The notes beneath the pieces are model-generated. The model worked only from the letters and a program-made list of their open reading frames with translations. It was not told the DNA's origin and did not search any database. Below are positions 34,734 through 48,001 of a stretch of 64,000 nt of DNA, one piece after another (positions within the stretch are counted from its first letter, which is position 1; each line of letters starts with the position of its first letter). The position numbers were made by a program, and so were the translations under genes. Source of the DNA: Bispira polyomma (Eukaryota); the NCBI GenBank assembly GCA_965649765.1, contig OZ287749.1:7936001-8000000 (forward strand). Direction: 5' to 3'.

Positions 34734-36143
34734 ATGAGGCTTCTGATGCCCTTACTTGTGGCAATGGGTGTATTTCACCTGGCCTGTGGACAGGACTGCC
34801 CAGTGAGCGACAATGTGTGCTCTTGTATCCTGGCAGATGAGGACTATGGTGACCTGATCAACTGTTCCTCCAGGGCTTTGGTGAAAGTGCCAACCTTCAA
34901 TGCAACAGGCGATACTTGGGAGACCCTGCTGCTCAGCCAGAATAACCTAGGCGTGCTCGGCGAGTCTTCATTCACTGGCCTTAACGTAAGAAGGATAATT
35001 GTGGATGACAGTAAAATTACCAGCATCGAAGAGGGTGCTTTTGATGGTTTGGCAGATGTTCTGGTAGAGCTAGACTTGCGAAATAATGCCTTGACAGAAA
35101 ATACCATCTTAGCTATCAGGGACCTGCCTCTTCTCACAGATCTTATATTAGATTATAATGAGATAACCACATTAGACGAAACCCATTTCATCAACCTTCC
35201 TAGCTTAGCCCATCTCTCCATGCAATTCAATGAGTTCATGGCCCTTTACCCTGAGTATGTTGCCAATGTCCCCACATTGCTTGAATATGATATCTATGGT
35301 AACCGTATTACCTTCATTCACAATGATAGCTTTTCCAGCCTTACCCAGTTGTTGTATCTTAATCTTGGAATCAACTTGCTGGGGACAGTTCCTACGTATT
35401 CGTTTAGAGATTTGACTGTCTTGGAACTTTTGAGTTTATGGGCTAATGACTTCACTGAAATATCAGAAGATGCACTGTCTACTGTCCCAGAAACACTGGA
35501 CACCCTATGGCTTGGTTACAATGATGTATATTCCTTACCTGAAGGCCTTCTCACTCGTTTCCCTAACCTCCGAGTTCTCTTTCTTGAAAGCATGCTATTG
35601 GACTCTCTTCCTGATGACATTTTTGCAAGCCAGTCCACGATGATTCAGCTGGCCCTGTCTGACAATAGCTTTGACTACATACCTACAAGAGCTTTAGAGA
35701 ACTTGCCCGGTCTTCTGAGTTTCTATGAAAAAGGAAATCTCCTGACATCCATTAACGGGGACGAGTTCTTGAGCAATCCAGCCCTTTCACTTGTGGACTT
35801 CTCGGAGAATGCCATCACATTCGTGAACCAGTCGTTTTTCTGCCATAATCCTGAACTTTACTGGGTAGATTTGGACTCTAATAATATTGAGCTGTTTGAG
35901 TCCTGTGCTGCTATCACCAACAGCGGTCAGTTCCCTACCAGCATACACCTTTCTGACAACCCTCTCTTCTGTGGCTGTGACATACTGTGGCTGCATGAAC
36001 GAGAGATAATAGCCAACCCAGACATCACTATCTGTGCCAATCCAGAGGTCTTAGCCGGCAGAGCACTCACTGAGATCACACCAGAGGAGTTTCAGTGTGA
36101 CCTGGACATTGATGAAGTTTGTGCCGGTGTCTGTTCTGGTTAA
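34734..36143 (+). CDS. Secreted leucine-rich repeat protein (signal peptide, LRRNT, ~13 LRRs, LRRCT), no transmembrane helix
   Basis: Intact 469-aa ORF with CPxxxxxCxC cap, LxxLxLxxN repeats and NPLFCGC..C..P...G....C. Upstream acceptor-like ttttttacAG; AATAAA at 36180. Confidence 0.95.
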   Translation: MRLLMPLLVAMGVFHLACGQDCPVSDNVCSCILADEDYGDLINCSSRALVKVPTFNATGDTWETLLLSQNNLGVLGESSFTGLNVRRIIVDDSKITSIEEGAFDGLADVLVELDLRNNALTENTILAIRDLPLLTDLILDYNEITTLDETHFINLPSLAHLSMQFNEFMALYPEYVANVPTLLEYDIYGNRITFIHNDSFSSLTQLLYLNLGINLLGTVPTYSFRDLTVLELLSLWANDFTEISEDALSTVPETLDTLWLGYNDVYSLPEGLLTRFPNLRVLFLESMLLDSLPDDIFASQSTMIQLALSDNSFDYIPTRALENLPGLLSFYEKGNLLTSINGDEFLSNPALSLVDFSENAITFVNQSFFCHNPELYWVDLDSNNIELFESCAAITNSGQFPTSIHLSDNPLFCGCDILWLHEREIIANPDITICANPEVLAGRALTEITPEEFQCDLDIDEVCAGVCSG

Positions 36144-37062
36144 TTATTGTATCTGCTGTGAAAATATCCATGTGTGTACAATAAAAACAATAATACTCAC
36201 CAAAATTTTTAAAATTTCAAACTGAAATATCTGGTTTTTACCCTGTAAGTTTATACATGTATTAAAAATATTGAATTTCAAAAGTTTTAAAGAATTTGAA
36301 GTTAAATTTTACCAACCAAGGAGCACCGAAACACCTTCATTCGGTCAGCCGAAATCTGCATAAAATGTTGATTAATTAATGTAACAGAAAATGCACAAAA
36401 TATAATTTGACACAATGACTATCCTCCTTGTCCTGTAATAATTGTTTTCCATTCTAATTGCTGCAGTTTCATACCTTTAAGTTAATATCTTCTTTAACTA
36501 TATTCGGAAACAAGCCAATAAAATATTCACTAAATATATTCATTTAATGTCTCTTTTCATTGTGTTCACAACAGCATCAAACAATTAATTGTTATTTATT
36601 GCTATTACAGCATATACCAGACTACAACATAAAAAATGCATGCTTATCAAGAGTTGTGCAGTTACATATTTTTATGTGGTAAATACTACATCTTGAAATG
36701 CTACATAATATTTGAGTATGTTCCATGTAACTCAGTTTGAGCAGTTTTGAAATATACAATTACAACTGGTTAAGTTTACTCTCCAGACTGAGCCATTTGC
36801 TAATTATAGCACCCAGGTGTTGTGTATCAGTTAGGTTCTGGAAAAGAAAGCATTTTTATTTTTTGAAGTGAAATTGTGTATAGGTTAGGATACATGATGG
36901 TGTTGTCTCTTTGAAGATAAATTATAGTGAGGAATGTTATGAAGGATACATTGGAAAATTTAGAACATAAAACATTTTGAACATCGAAATGGTAATATAT
37001 AACATTATATTCTCTGAAATAGAAATTTTGCTATGGACATGTGGAGATTGGTCTTGTCTGGC

Positions 37063-37408
37063 GTCACAAAATTTGTGCCATAAAAATAAGAGAAACTATG
37101 GTACTTGCACAACAATTTCTATGCGAGTATTCATTTGGGGTCCATTGAAGAAAATGGGTGATAGTTGTACATAGCTTAATGGATGAGATATAACTTAATG
37201 AATGAGATATATTTGATTTTGTATTTCTAGTATAAACATAATGTAAACTGGTGTCACACAATTTGTGCTACGAAAATAAGGATAACTATGGTACTTACAA
37301 AACTCATAATTTCTGTGAGTATTGATTTGGGGGTACGTTAGACCCTCGAAGAAAATGGGCTAATAATTGTATGTAACTTAATGAGATATATTTGATTATG
37401 TATTTCTG
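37063..37408. repeat. Diverged ~190-bp tandem duplication
   Basis: GTCACA.AATTTGTGC...AACTATGGTACTT...GAAGAAAATGGG...GAGATATATTTGATT twice. Confidence 0.7.
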
Positions 37409-37962
37409 CTATACACTTTCTGAGGCTATATTTAGAACATTCAAATTATGCCGACACCAAAGCAGAACACCCAGTACCTGTAGTGTATATATAGCCGTGA
37501 CAAAGTCTCAAATAATACCCAAACAGGTAATATGTCTACATATTAGTGTCTGGTGTGCTTGCATAAGTGAGACATGGTAAAATGAGGAGCAGCATTTATA
37601 TTTGTTTATTTATTGTAATGTGTTACAAAATATGTACAGATATATACATTTTTATTATTTGGTAATCAGTTATACCTTCAGATACACTTTAAAAATTACA
37701 CAGACAGGCGTAATTTTTCTAGTTGTATTATGTTATGCATTAAAAACTATTCACAACATTTCAACAAAAGTTGTGGCGGGATTTAGAACAATTAGATTAT
37801 TACTAAAGTATTAGAGTACTGGGCAATAAAATGGTACATATTTATCTACATTTATTTGATATTTAAAGTGCTAATTAAGTACAGTACAGCCAACCAGCAC
37901 CAGAAATTGTCATTCACCTAATTAAAACGGCCAAGGGATGATCACTTATCAATGCCCCAAAA

Positions 37963-38708
37963 GACTGAAACCACTCAATTCTTTAGCTACTATGCTCTCT
38001 CTTTTTGAAAGTCTGTACCATTACATATTAGGACTGGAACCACTCAATTCTCTGGCTACTATGGTCCCTCTCTTGGGGAATTCTTTACCATTACCTATTA
38101 GGACTGAAACCACTCAATTCTCTGGCTACTATGGTCCCTCTCTTGGGGAATTCTTTACCATTACATATTAGGACTGAAACCATTCAATTCTTTGGCTACT
38201 ATGCTCCCACTTTTGGGAATTCTTTACCATTACATATTAGGACTGGAACCACTTAATTCTTTAGCTACTATGCTTCCTCAGTCTTCGGAATTCTGTACCA
38301 TTACATATTAGAACTGGAACCACTTAATTCTTTAGCCACTGTGCACCCTCAGTCTTTGGAATTCTTTACCATTACATATTAGAACTGGAACCACTTAATT
38401 CTTTAGCCACTGTGCACCCTCAGTCTTTGAAATTCTTTACCATTACATATTAGAACTGGAACCACTTAATTCTTTAGCCACTGTGCACCCTCAGTCTTTG
38501 GAATTCTTTACCATTACATATTAGAACTGGAACCACTTAATTCTTTAGCCACTGTGCACCCTCAGTCTTTGGAATTCTTTACCATTACATATTAGAACTG
38601 GAACCACTTAATTCTTTAGCCACTGTGCACCCTCAGTCTCTGGAACTCTTTCCCTTTACATATTAGGACTGGAACCACATAATTCTTTAGCTACTATGCT
38701 CCCTCTTT
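37963..38708. repeat. Minisatellite, 69-71-bp unit, ~10.5 copies
   Basis: ACTGGAACCACTTAATTCTTTAGC...TTACCATTACATATTAG repeated head to tail with no unique spacers. Confidence 0.97.
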
Positions 38709-40707
38709 TTGTAGTGCTTATTGTTACTTCTTTCAGAAAGCACCTTAAACAGTCACATATTTACAAGAGCCTATCCCACCAAACATTTCCCTCATCTACG
38801 GTCACATCTCCCTCGGTTGTTGTTGACATTTCATGTAACCCAATTTTCAATTTGTGCCAAGTTGAGTTATATTATATCTTTTTGAAAGAAATAGTGCACC
38901 TTCAAAGATTTACAATTACACTTAAACCACACGTTACATAATATAAAATATACCCTCAACCAACACCATCCGTGTATAAATTATGATAATGAGTATCACA
39001 CAGAGTATTCAGCTTAGACTACATATCACTAAACCACGCAGTACAATACCACAGTGAGTACAATCAACACAGTGGTCACTATACCAGAAATACTTAGAGT
39101 CAGAGATAGACATCTACAAGATCTGGCTTTGCCCTCATTACCAGCAACAATGGCCACTTCTGCTTGTTCTGGAGACAGAAAAATAAAGGATGGTTAACAA
39201 ACATAGTACATCTTAAGGTTTATGGTCTCATTAATAAATTAAGCATATAATAAAAAGGCCAAAAATTCAAGAGTTTATCTCAAATCTTGTACCAGAATAA
39301 ACAGGGGCGATATTCATAGAAACGCTTACCATGTAATTCTGAGAATTGACTTAATCTTGGCCAATAACGATTTTACCAGACATCAATGTCGTTGAGTTGA
39401 GCTTAAGATTTTTTTGAGGAGAAAACAGCCACACATTTAACAGCAGGTTTTGGCATAATTTGGGAATAGTTCAACAGGTTTATTTGTTTGAGAATTGGAT
39501 TAGTCACAGGTTTAAACCTAGGCTGGACTTTAGATCACGACCCATATATATTAATGGTCTAAAACTGAAACCAACAATAATCTTGAATATTGTGTATTCC
39601 TATGCACAAGAAATGTGTTATATTCGAATGGTGAATGCTCTAGCAACAATTTTATTCAAAAAATATATGTATGGTATATGACAGGTTGTTTTGGTAGGGT
39701 TTTTGGGAAGGTGTCGTACTTGGGCTTATTCACACACCTCAGTACAAATAAGACAGACAGGACATTTCTGACCTATACTGTAAGGCGCCTGTTTAGTAGT
39801 AGAAAGCAAGTATACAACTAACAATTGAAGAATACATGGAATAATCTTCCCGGTGAAATGTAAAACCTCTTATCGAAGAGAAGTGACAAAGGTTAGTAGT
39901 TGTGGATATTGTTTGACAGTTTTCTCACAGTCTCTAGTAGTCTAGCCTAGTACAAGACTTACTTTTACTACTTCTCACACATCACTGGTGCAACTGTGGG
40001 AACAGGGCCTTCAACTTAGTAGAGTACATACCTCTGCCAAGATGCTACAGGATAAAAGCATCCTCCACCACCAACCTAGCAGCATCAGCCTGAGTTGGAC
40101 TAGGGACCTTTCAATGACAAGACCAACTTCTCCAACCAGCATTGAACTAGGGACCTTCAGATCATCAGATCAAGTCTCTAATTACAAGGCTGCAGGGATG
40201 CCAGGTGGGGTAGATAGTGTAGATGGATACGCCGACACAATCGCTGGCATCTCCTCAATGTGAGTTTGAATCCTATTATTTCATGTGAGAAAGTTTGTCA
40301 GGTATTTACCGTAGGTCGGTAATTTTCTTCTGCCATTAAATTTGACTGCTGTGATGAGACCTAAGCTGTTGAAAGCGACGGCAAAACCCAACTAAATTCC
40401 AAATACAAGGCAAGTTGTGTACACTTACTGGCGAACAGATAGGCAAGAAATCCAAAGACCATGTTACAACACCACAGCACACAGCAGGCCAGTATGACTG
40501 TATGCCTGGTGTTTGTAGGTTTATGTTGAGCCTGCAAACAGAGAGGGTAACATAAAAATATTAAAGAATTACAAGGACACTCAATAGATACCATACCTCT
40601 GCATAGGCACGACTTTGCTAAAATGTTGGGAGTTTTGAATCCTGGATCAATCCTTCTACTAGAATTCACTCCAGCATTTTATAGATTCTTCTTTGACCCT
40701 TTCATGG

Positions 40708-40966
40708 GGTGCCGCGGTGGCCTAGTGGTTAGCAAGCATTGCACTTCACAGTCACTGGTCACTCACCTCTGGGCGGCGTGAGTTCGAATCCCGTCGATGC
40801 CTATGTGGGAAAGGTGGTAGTTTCTTACTGTGGGCCGCTGGTTTCTCTGCAGAACCTTGACCGACTGTATGCAGTGTTTCCTCCAGTGTTTCTAACTACC
40901 CGTCTCAATATAACCTACTAAAAGATACTAGAGTGGACGTTAAATATCCAAATTCAAAAATTCAAA
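40708..40966 (+). mobile_element. Full-length young tRNA-derived SINE with 15-bp TSD
   Basis: A box TGGCCTAGTGG, B box GTTCGAATCCC, (AAATTC)n tail. TSD TTGACCCTTTCATGG at 40693-40707 and 40967-40981. Confidence 0.92.
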
Positions 40967-43035
40967 TTGACCCTTTCATGGATCAGATTTGATATTGTGA
41001 ATAACGTCAACAACAAATATTTTTAGTAAAAATAAAATAGATTTAAATTTGAATTTTGTCAACACAGAAAAGGCCAATTGCTGTGAAATATTGAAAATGA
41101 TGTCAGAGACAGTGAAACAACTAGAAATATAACTTTAAAAGAACGCATATGCAACTATAAATAAATATACTACCTTGTCATTTGTATCCTAGATATATTT
41201 ACAAGTAATGGATAGTAATATAAACTAGGCAAATTCCACCTTGATATAAAATTTAACAACTAAGTAGTCTTCAATAGTAGTAAATAGCATACTAAAAGAA
41301 AATATCCCTTTGCAGATCGCGTTTAACTGGTTCTTCCATCATTCAATCTGACCATTGTAATATCAGCTAAGCTGTTAAAAGCAACAGAAAATCCAACAAA
41401 ATTGAAATTCTTTAAAACTCAACAGGTCCAACAGAAAATCCATCATATTTAATGAGCCATTAATTTGTGGCATACTATTGTCAACGTTTTTGGTCTAGAT
41501 TCTTGCACTGTAAACCACTGGCCTTCAGGAATTCCACTACCCAGTTTCCCACATTTATGGTATGTTTGAGACCCCTGGTGAGGTTGGGAAACACCACTGG
41601 TGAGCTCATAAACACGTAAGTGTTCTTTGGTTTGTAAACACAGGAGGCGTGAATTTCTCTATATCCATGTGGTGTTAATATTTATGAAGTAAAAATATAG
41701 TATATATGAATAAAAAGTTCAACCTGCTGTATTTAAATAAATTATTAGCGAGATTTATCTTCACAATATTTGATAAAAATCCCAGAAATAAAATGCCAAG
41801 TAAATGTCTTTAACCATATTTACTGGCAGCCATTTTCCCAGTGTTCTCGGTCAAGGCCACAGATTAGGAGTACTCTGGGAGCTCTCTACTCATGAGCCGT
41901 GTTTACCAGCTGTGTTGCTGTTTTTGGCGCTATTCACACTTGGTGAGTTGGTATTTACGCCTCGTAAGAGACTGAAGAATGGGCATTAGACCTACGAATA
42001 TTCAAAACCTTTATTGTTGGTTTTGAATTGTTGGCATGCACAGATAACAATTCCAAGTAGACAAGCCAAACTACTTGGAACAATGAAGTAGACAGATGAA
42101 AATATGCCAGATGAATTTAACAAGAAAAATAAGAAAATATGATTCACAAAGATTAACAAATATTATTTACACAATGTTTCCAATTTAATAAATGTCTTTC
42201 ACTATAAGATTCAATCGCCACCATCTTGGATCTGAATACACATGTTTTGGGGGGATTATGTGGCATGCCTAAATTTCATGTTCCGAAGAGCATATCTGAG
42301 TCATTGAGACTTAAATTTCTCATGGACATATTCCGCATAGCACTTTTCTGTCCATGTCTGTTAAATCCACCAAGAGCGCTGGATCTGGAGCATTTTTAAT
42401 GGCTTCGGATCTGGAGCATTTTTAATGGCTCATATTTTTAATGGCTCATATGTAATACTCTCCCAGTTGAGCTTAGATCACCAGAACCACTTTATGAGTT
42501 TAGGCGAAAACTTATCTCTTTGAACTTACCCCCGTTGTTTCTTTCGTGTACATGCACACATCTTTCCTTACGACCTGGCTCTACTGTTTGGATTTTTGAT
42601 TGGTCAATTGATCTTATGGTTGCGCTTAAGAAGATGCCTCGTATAAGTTAGGTGCATTAAAAATTCAAAATAGAGAACAATTTAATGTCTATCATTGGCT
42701 TAGACTACCATACCTGTGACGTCATTTTGCACTGAATGCTCCCTGTATCAACCCGTTCTGTTTCATCAGTTTTCCAGGTTCCAAGCGGACTAGGAACTGG
42801 GTGGCTGCCCTTTAGCTGTTTGGGTTGATATTCCAAGAAATTCATCCGAATGCTATCATTTCTGAGCTATTGTATATAACACAGTAGACCCTCTGTTATC
42901 CGAACATGTTGCACATCGGGAGACAGAAAAGGTTAGAAAAGGTTTATACACGGAAACAGTACAATAAAGTAATCAATGACTGCATAAAAATTATGAACTT
43001 AGCAATGGCATGATAAATCTGTTAATGTTGTCTTG

Positions 43036-43145
43036 GGGTGGTATTCACAAAAGGGCTAAGCTGAAACGATGTCTTTGATCTAGTATATATTTCTGCCTAG
43101 ATTTAGGACAGTGTCTAGACTTAGCCCTTTTGTGAATACAGCCCC
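43036..43145. mobile_element. Short PIF/Harbinger-like MITE
   Basis: GTATTCACAAAAGGGCTAAG ... CTTAGCCCTTTTGTGAATAC inverted repeats. Confidence 0.7.
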
Positions 43146-44119
43146 AGGATCGCTTTTCTGATTTGTGAGATTGAAGTATTGTTCTGCACCTTCCTTTTTC
43201 CTACATTTTGCATTATGTAAAAGGAAAGATAACTTAAGGTACACTTAAACTAGGTTATGGTCACTTTCAAGTGAAACTTTAACAAATTCTAGGTGAGGGG
43301 TGTATCAGTCCCAGTTTTGGTAAACAAAATGAATTCAAAGGACTAGGACACACAACTTTCTGTAGCCTCGCCTTGTCTCATATAAAACATCTGGAGATTT
43401 TCTTTAATTGTAAAAGAACAAGAAGCTACAGTAGTTAGTTTTCGGATTAGGTCTAAACAAGAAACATCAACAAAATTAAACTTGATTACCAAATTTATGC
43501 ACATATTAATGAAACTTAAATTGTTGTGTTTTCAAATTTGTTGTCAAAGACCTGCGTGGCAGAAGTAATAAAGTTTTATTTAAAAGACATGAAAATTACA
43601 AGCAGAGGAAGATTAATTACTTTTACCATAGCTTGTTATAGGAATAACCAGGGATGTACAGCATTTTACCACCACTGAATCCTGGTTTGAGTAGGTTGAC
43701 ACAATTCAAATCACTATGAACAGATATTTTCAATGTCTGTGTTACAGTCAAACTGCAAAACCAATTGTTATGCGTAATGACTAAAATTTTCACTCATTTT
43801 GTGTTATAACTGAAATGAGTGTCTAGTCATTACACATAATAACTGAAGTCAATAGACGCTTTAAAGACATTGAAAAGGTCAGTTTTAGTGCGGGGGGGAA
43901 CCAGTGTATATTAGTTGGTCAAGATTTTACACTGTAAACCATAGACCATTGCCAAGTAACTGCCAATTTTCCACTTAAAGCCCTGGCCGAGATTCGCACT
44001 AGGACAAAGTGATTCAAAATCAATAGACAATATTTACATGTGTTGTCTAAATGTATTATAGTATGATAGAATTGAATGAATGAAAATTAAGTATTACATT
44101 AATACTAAAAGAATTAAAT

Positions 44120-44990
44120 CATACAATTATGAAATACAAATGTAGCGAAATGTCAACATCATTTCAACAACGTATTATTAACTGTTTACCAAAACGTAAT
44201 AAACTAAGACAATTCTTCAAGAATTGGCGACCTATTTACAAAATTGGTTCTAGTGCCATCGCTAATAAAATTAAAAAATACCTTTGGAAAATTATTTCTA
44301 TAAATCAGTCTAGTTTTTTTGTAAGTGCCGATTTATTGGAAATACCACTCTCTCAATATACAATTTAATGTATTATACAGGGCAAAATAATATGCCTCGA
44401 CCTTTAGTGCTCATAGACTTTGCTAAAGCTTGTGATTCTGTTTCCTTGGAATTGTTATATTCTGTTCTGGACTTTCTTGCTTTTGGTCCAAGTATGCTGC
44501 GATGGATACAAATGTTTAACAAAAATATTAAGGCAGTTGTTATGCAATGCAGTGTTCTGTAAGACTTCATAACAATTGAAAAGGTTTGCTACAAGGTGAC
44601 CCAATTGCACCTTATTTATTTATTATATGTGCACAAATATTGCTTCTCATGGTCAAAAATAATAGTTCTATTATAGGAATAATTATAGGCGACACTGCGT
44701 ATAAGATAACACATTTTGCTGATGACACCACCATAATACTAAATGGTGCATCTGCTTCTCTGTTGGCAGCATTAAATACTTTGGAAATATATGGATTCTC
44801 TGGACTAAAGGTTATCAATGGCAAAACAAAATCCTAATTTGGATTGGATAAGGAAGATTTTCAAAGGACAAATTAGAAGTGATGAAGAATTTGGGTCATT
44901 AGGCATATTGTCTGGTTTCATAGATTGACTGTAAAAACTGTGTTTCACTGAAAATTTTGACCAATCAGAATTGCAGACACTGCCATGTCC
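44120..44990 (+). mobile_element. L1/Tx1-type LINE reverse transcriptase fragment
   Basis: CLPK..KNWRPI, LIDFAKACDSV, QGDPIAPYLF, FADDTT and SGLKV in broken frames. Confidence 0.85.
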
Positions 44991-46523
44991 CGTTAAAAAT
45001 ATATATAATTGGGGAGATTTATAAAACCAATTCTGGTAGGGCAATATTAATTTTTTTATATGTTTACAAATTACCTTTCTCTTTAATTGATTAACATATT
45101 CATCTAAACATTTTGTAAATATGCCAAATTGTGTTTATCTTATATCTGAAATAAAGTTATGACTGGTTGTACTTGGTGGGACATTTTGTATTATAACAAT
45201 AGAGTATTATAATGACCATAAAAGATGTGTAATGATTGCCTGTCTAATAGAACAAATTAGCTTTTCTTTATAAAACCAACTTTGGACCAAGTAAGAGCCA
45301 CTGAATTCCCTTTCACAAGTGACAAAAGTTGCTAACCCCATGTTTTTAAGTAAATGACGCACACACACAGACATTATCTGTATGGTGATCTCGAGCCTTG
45401 TTCGTGTAATAAGCTAACCAAATACAGCAATTATAGTGTTGTATTTGATATACTACAATACAAGTTTTATATATTTTCACGTTTATAAGCCAAATAGGTT
45501 GGCTTTTGTTTATCTAGTAATAATATAATTATGTTCTGATTTAAAAGTTCATTGGAACAACACACTATTTATATATATAAATATAATAGTAAAACTACCC
45601 CAGTGGTGTATATTATAAAATATATGACGAAAGTAGATAATCAGTACAATACAAGCCTGGTGCGTTTTATCTTCTTGAGGTAATATATTTTTAATATACA
45701 CCACAAGGTATGTTTTACATTTATTATCCACGTATATAATGTAATTATTATTATATAGGTCAAAATGTAACACTAAACAGTCGGAAAGAGCCCCAAAATA
45801 TTAAAAATTCACGATAAATTACATAGTACAAACTAAAAGTACTGAGTTCTGACCTTAAAGAATTAGCTGTTAATACAAACTTGTACCACTTTATATATCG
45901 GATTTTGTGCAAAATAACATTGCATATTGCTTATATTTTATATATCCTGAAAGTTGTAAACAATTGATGGGTTAATTTGTTTACTATGACAATATTAAAA
46001 CCGCCAAAAACATACAAAAGTTTGCTACTTTTGAAACCGTCTGTATTACGTCACACACAGACGCGTTGTAGCAATAGTTACACAAAGAAGTACAGACTTG
46101 ATACCTGACAGAATTAAATCGAAAATCATATTTAGAAAGGTGTAAAAAATCTAGTTTTATGCATCAAAGTATAATTTAAGGTTTATATTTGATAGTAACC
46201 ACACTTTTTGACAACTTTTTGTCTGATATATTATGTACAGTTATAGGTAACATAAAAAAATTCATGTAACTACTACAGTTTCCATATACACATTCACGGG
46301 CGCCGGGTGATACAGTTCATTGTATCACCCGGTCCCGTATCAGCCACGAAAACGTCATAATTACGTCACAGTGGATAATAAAGATGTATATATAAATACA
46401 TGATGATTTGATATAGTTTGGGTTTAACGTTGCTTTCAACTTTCACATCACAACAGACAGTTGACTGGCGGAGGAGCTCATACCAGGGTAGTTGAACAAG
46501 GTTTTCTACTCTGCAAACCACTG

Positions 46524-47224
46524 GGCCCGTATTCACAAAAGGGCTTAAGTCAATATTTTCTCTCAAGTCTGAGACTTTTGTCTCAAATCTGAGACAAGAA
46601 ATTGTCTCACATTGAGTGGTATTCACAAAATGGCTCAGCCATTTTTTTGTCTCAGATTTGGTCTCAAAGTTAAAACTTGTTGGGAGGTGTCTCCAGTATT
46701 TAACAAAAAGTCTCTAGCATTACTATGTATAAATAGAGGGCAAAACTTATTGTTTTTATGATTTAAAATAAATTTGAGATATTCCATTATTTGTGACTGC
46801 ACATATCATTCAAATATATGTTATATAACAACTAAAACATTTGCCTCAAAAGTACCCTACTTTGAGAAACTTTTCTAACACTTTTTGACTTCATAGCAAC
46901 CACTTAAGTAGATCATGTGATGGTAAATATCAATAAATTAATATAGTATATGGTTATCTTTTCGCTAAAATGTATATTACAAATCTTATTTGGAATTATA
47001 GTACACAAATACTAACAATTTCATTGAAATATTGCCTAATATTAAAACAATGTGTTTGTTTACATTATATAGATTTGAGATTTGGTCTTAGTTTTGTCCC
47101 AGCTGAGACCTTTTCTGTGAATAGCAACTTGAGACTTTGTCTCAACTAAGACAAAGTCGATACTTTAAGACTGTTTTTTGTCTGAGACTTTTTTGTGAAT
47201 ACGACCTCTTTGTGAATACGGCCC
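46524..47224. mobile_element. PIF/Harbinger-like MITE (701 bp) inserted in a SINE
   Basis: GGCCCGTATTCACAAA ... TTTGTGAATACGGCCC with 3-bp TSD CTG. Confidence 0.85.
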
Positions 47225-47267
47225 CTGGCCATCTGTAAATCTACTGGCAACTTTGGTAGATGCCCAG

Positions 47268-48001
47268 GGCCTGTATTCCCTAAAGTTCCTATACTTAGAA
47301 TAAGAATTTTTGGTATTCACTAAAGTTCTTATACTTAGAATTTTTGCTTATTCTTAGAAAAATTTTTAAGAATGAGCTTTAATTCTAAGAATGATCAAGA
47401 CCTTACTTAAGTTAAGGAAAAGACATAGGGCTGTATGCACTAAAGTTGTTATACTTAGAATCATTCTTATACTTAGAATAAGAGTCATTCTTATACTTAG
47501 AATAAGAATCATTCTTATACTTAGAAAATATTCTGTTCTAAGAATTTTTTATTCTTATACTTAGAATAAGACTTTTCTTAGCTTTTCTTGCACAAAGAAT
47601 GCCATGTTTTTTCTTAACTTAAGTAAGGTCTTGACCATTCTTAGAATCAAAGCTCATTCTTAGAAAACTTTCTAAGAATAAGCAAAAATTCTAAGTATAA
47701 GAATTTTTCTAAGAATAATTCTAAGTATAAGAATTTTTCTAGGTATGAGAACTTTAGTGAACACCAAAAAATTCTTATTCTAAGTATAAAAACTTTAGTG
47801 AATATGGCCCCTGGCATTCTTATGTATTGCTTTTCACAATTCTTAGTTAAGAAAATTGTTATTCTAAGAATATGAATAACAAAATTCTTAGAATAGAAAA
47901 TTTTCTAAGTATAAGAATGATTCTTAATCTAAGTATAAGAAGGATTCTCATTCTAAGTGTAAGAATTATTCTAAGTATAAGAACTTTAGTGAATACGAGC
48001 A
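47268..48001. mobile_element. Nested PIF/Harbinger-like MITEs with (TTCTTATACTTAGAA)n arms
   Basis: Outer ends flanked by CAG/CAG. Inner termini at 47428 and 47810. Confidence 0.8.

Noticed and set aside
37963-38708. CRISPR-like array
   Set aside because: Units are contiguous with no unique spacers, no cas genes are present, and the context is eukaryotic.
40708-40800. tRNA gene
   Set aside because: A and B boxes are present, but they are followed by a SINE body, a simple-repeat tail and a TSD, and there are multiple truncated copies.
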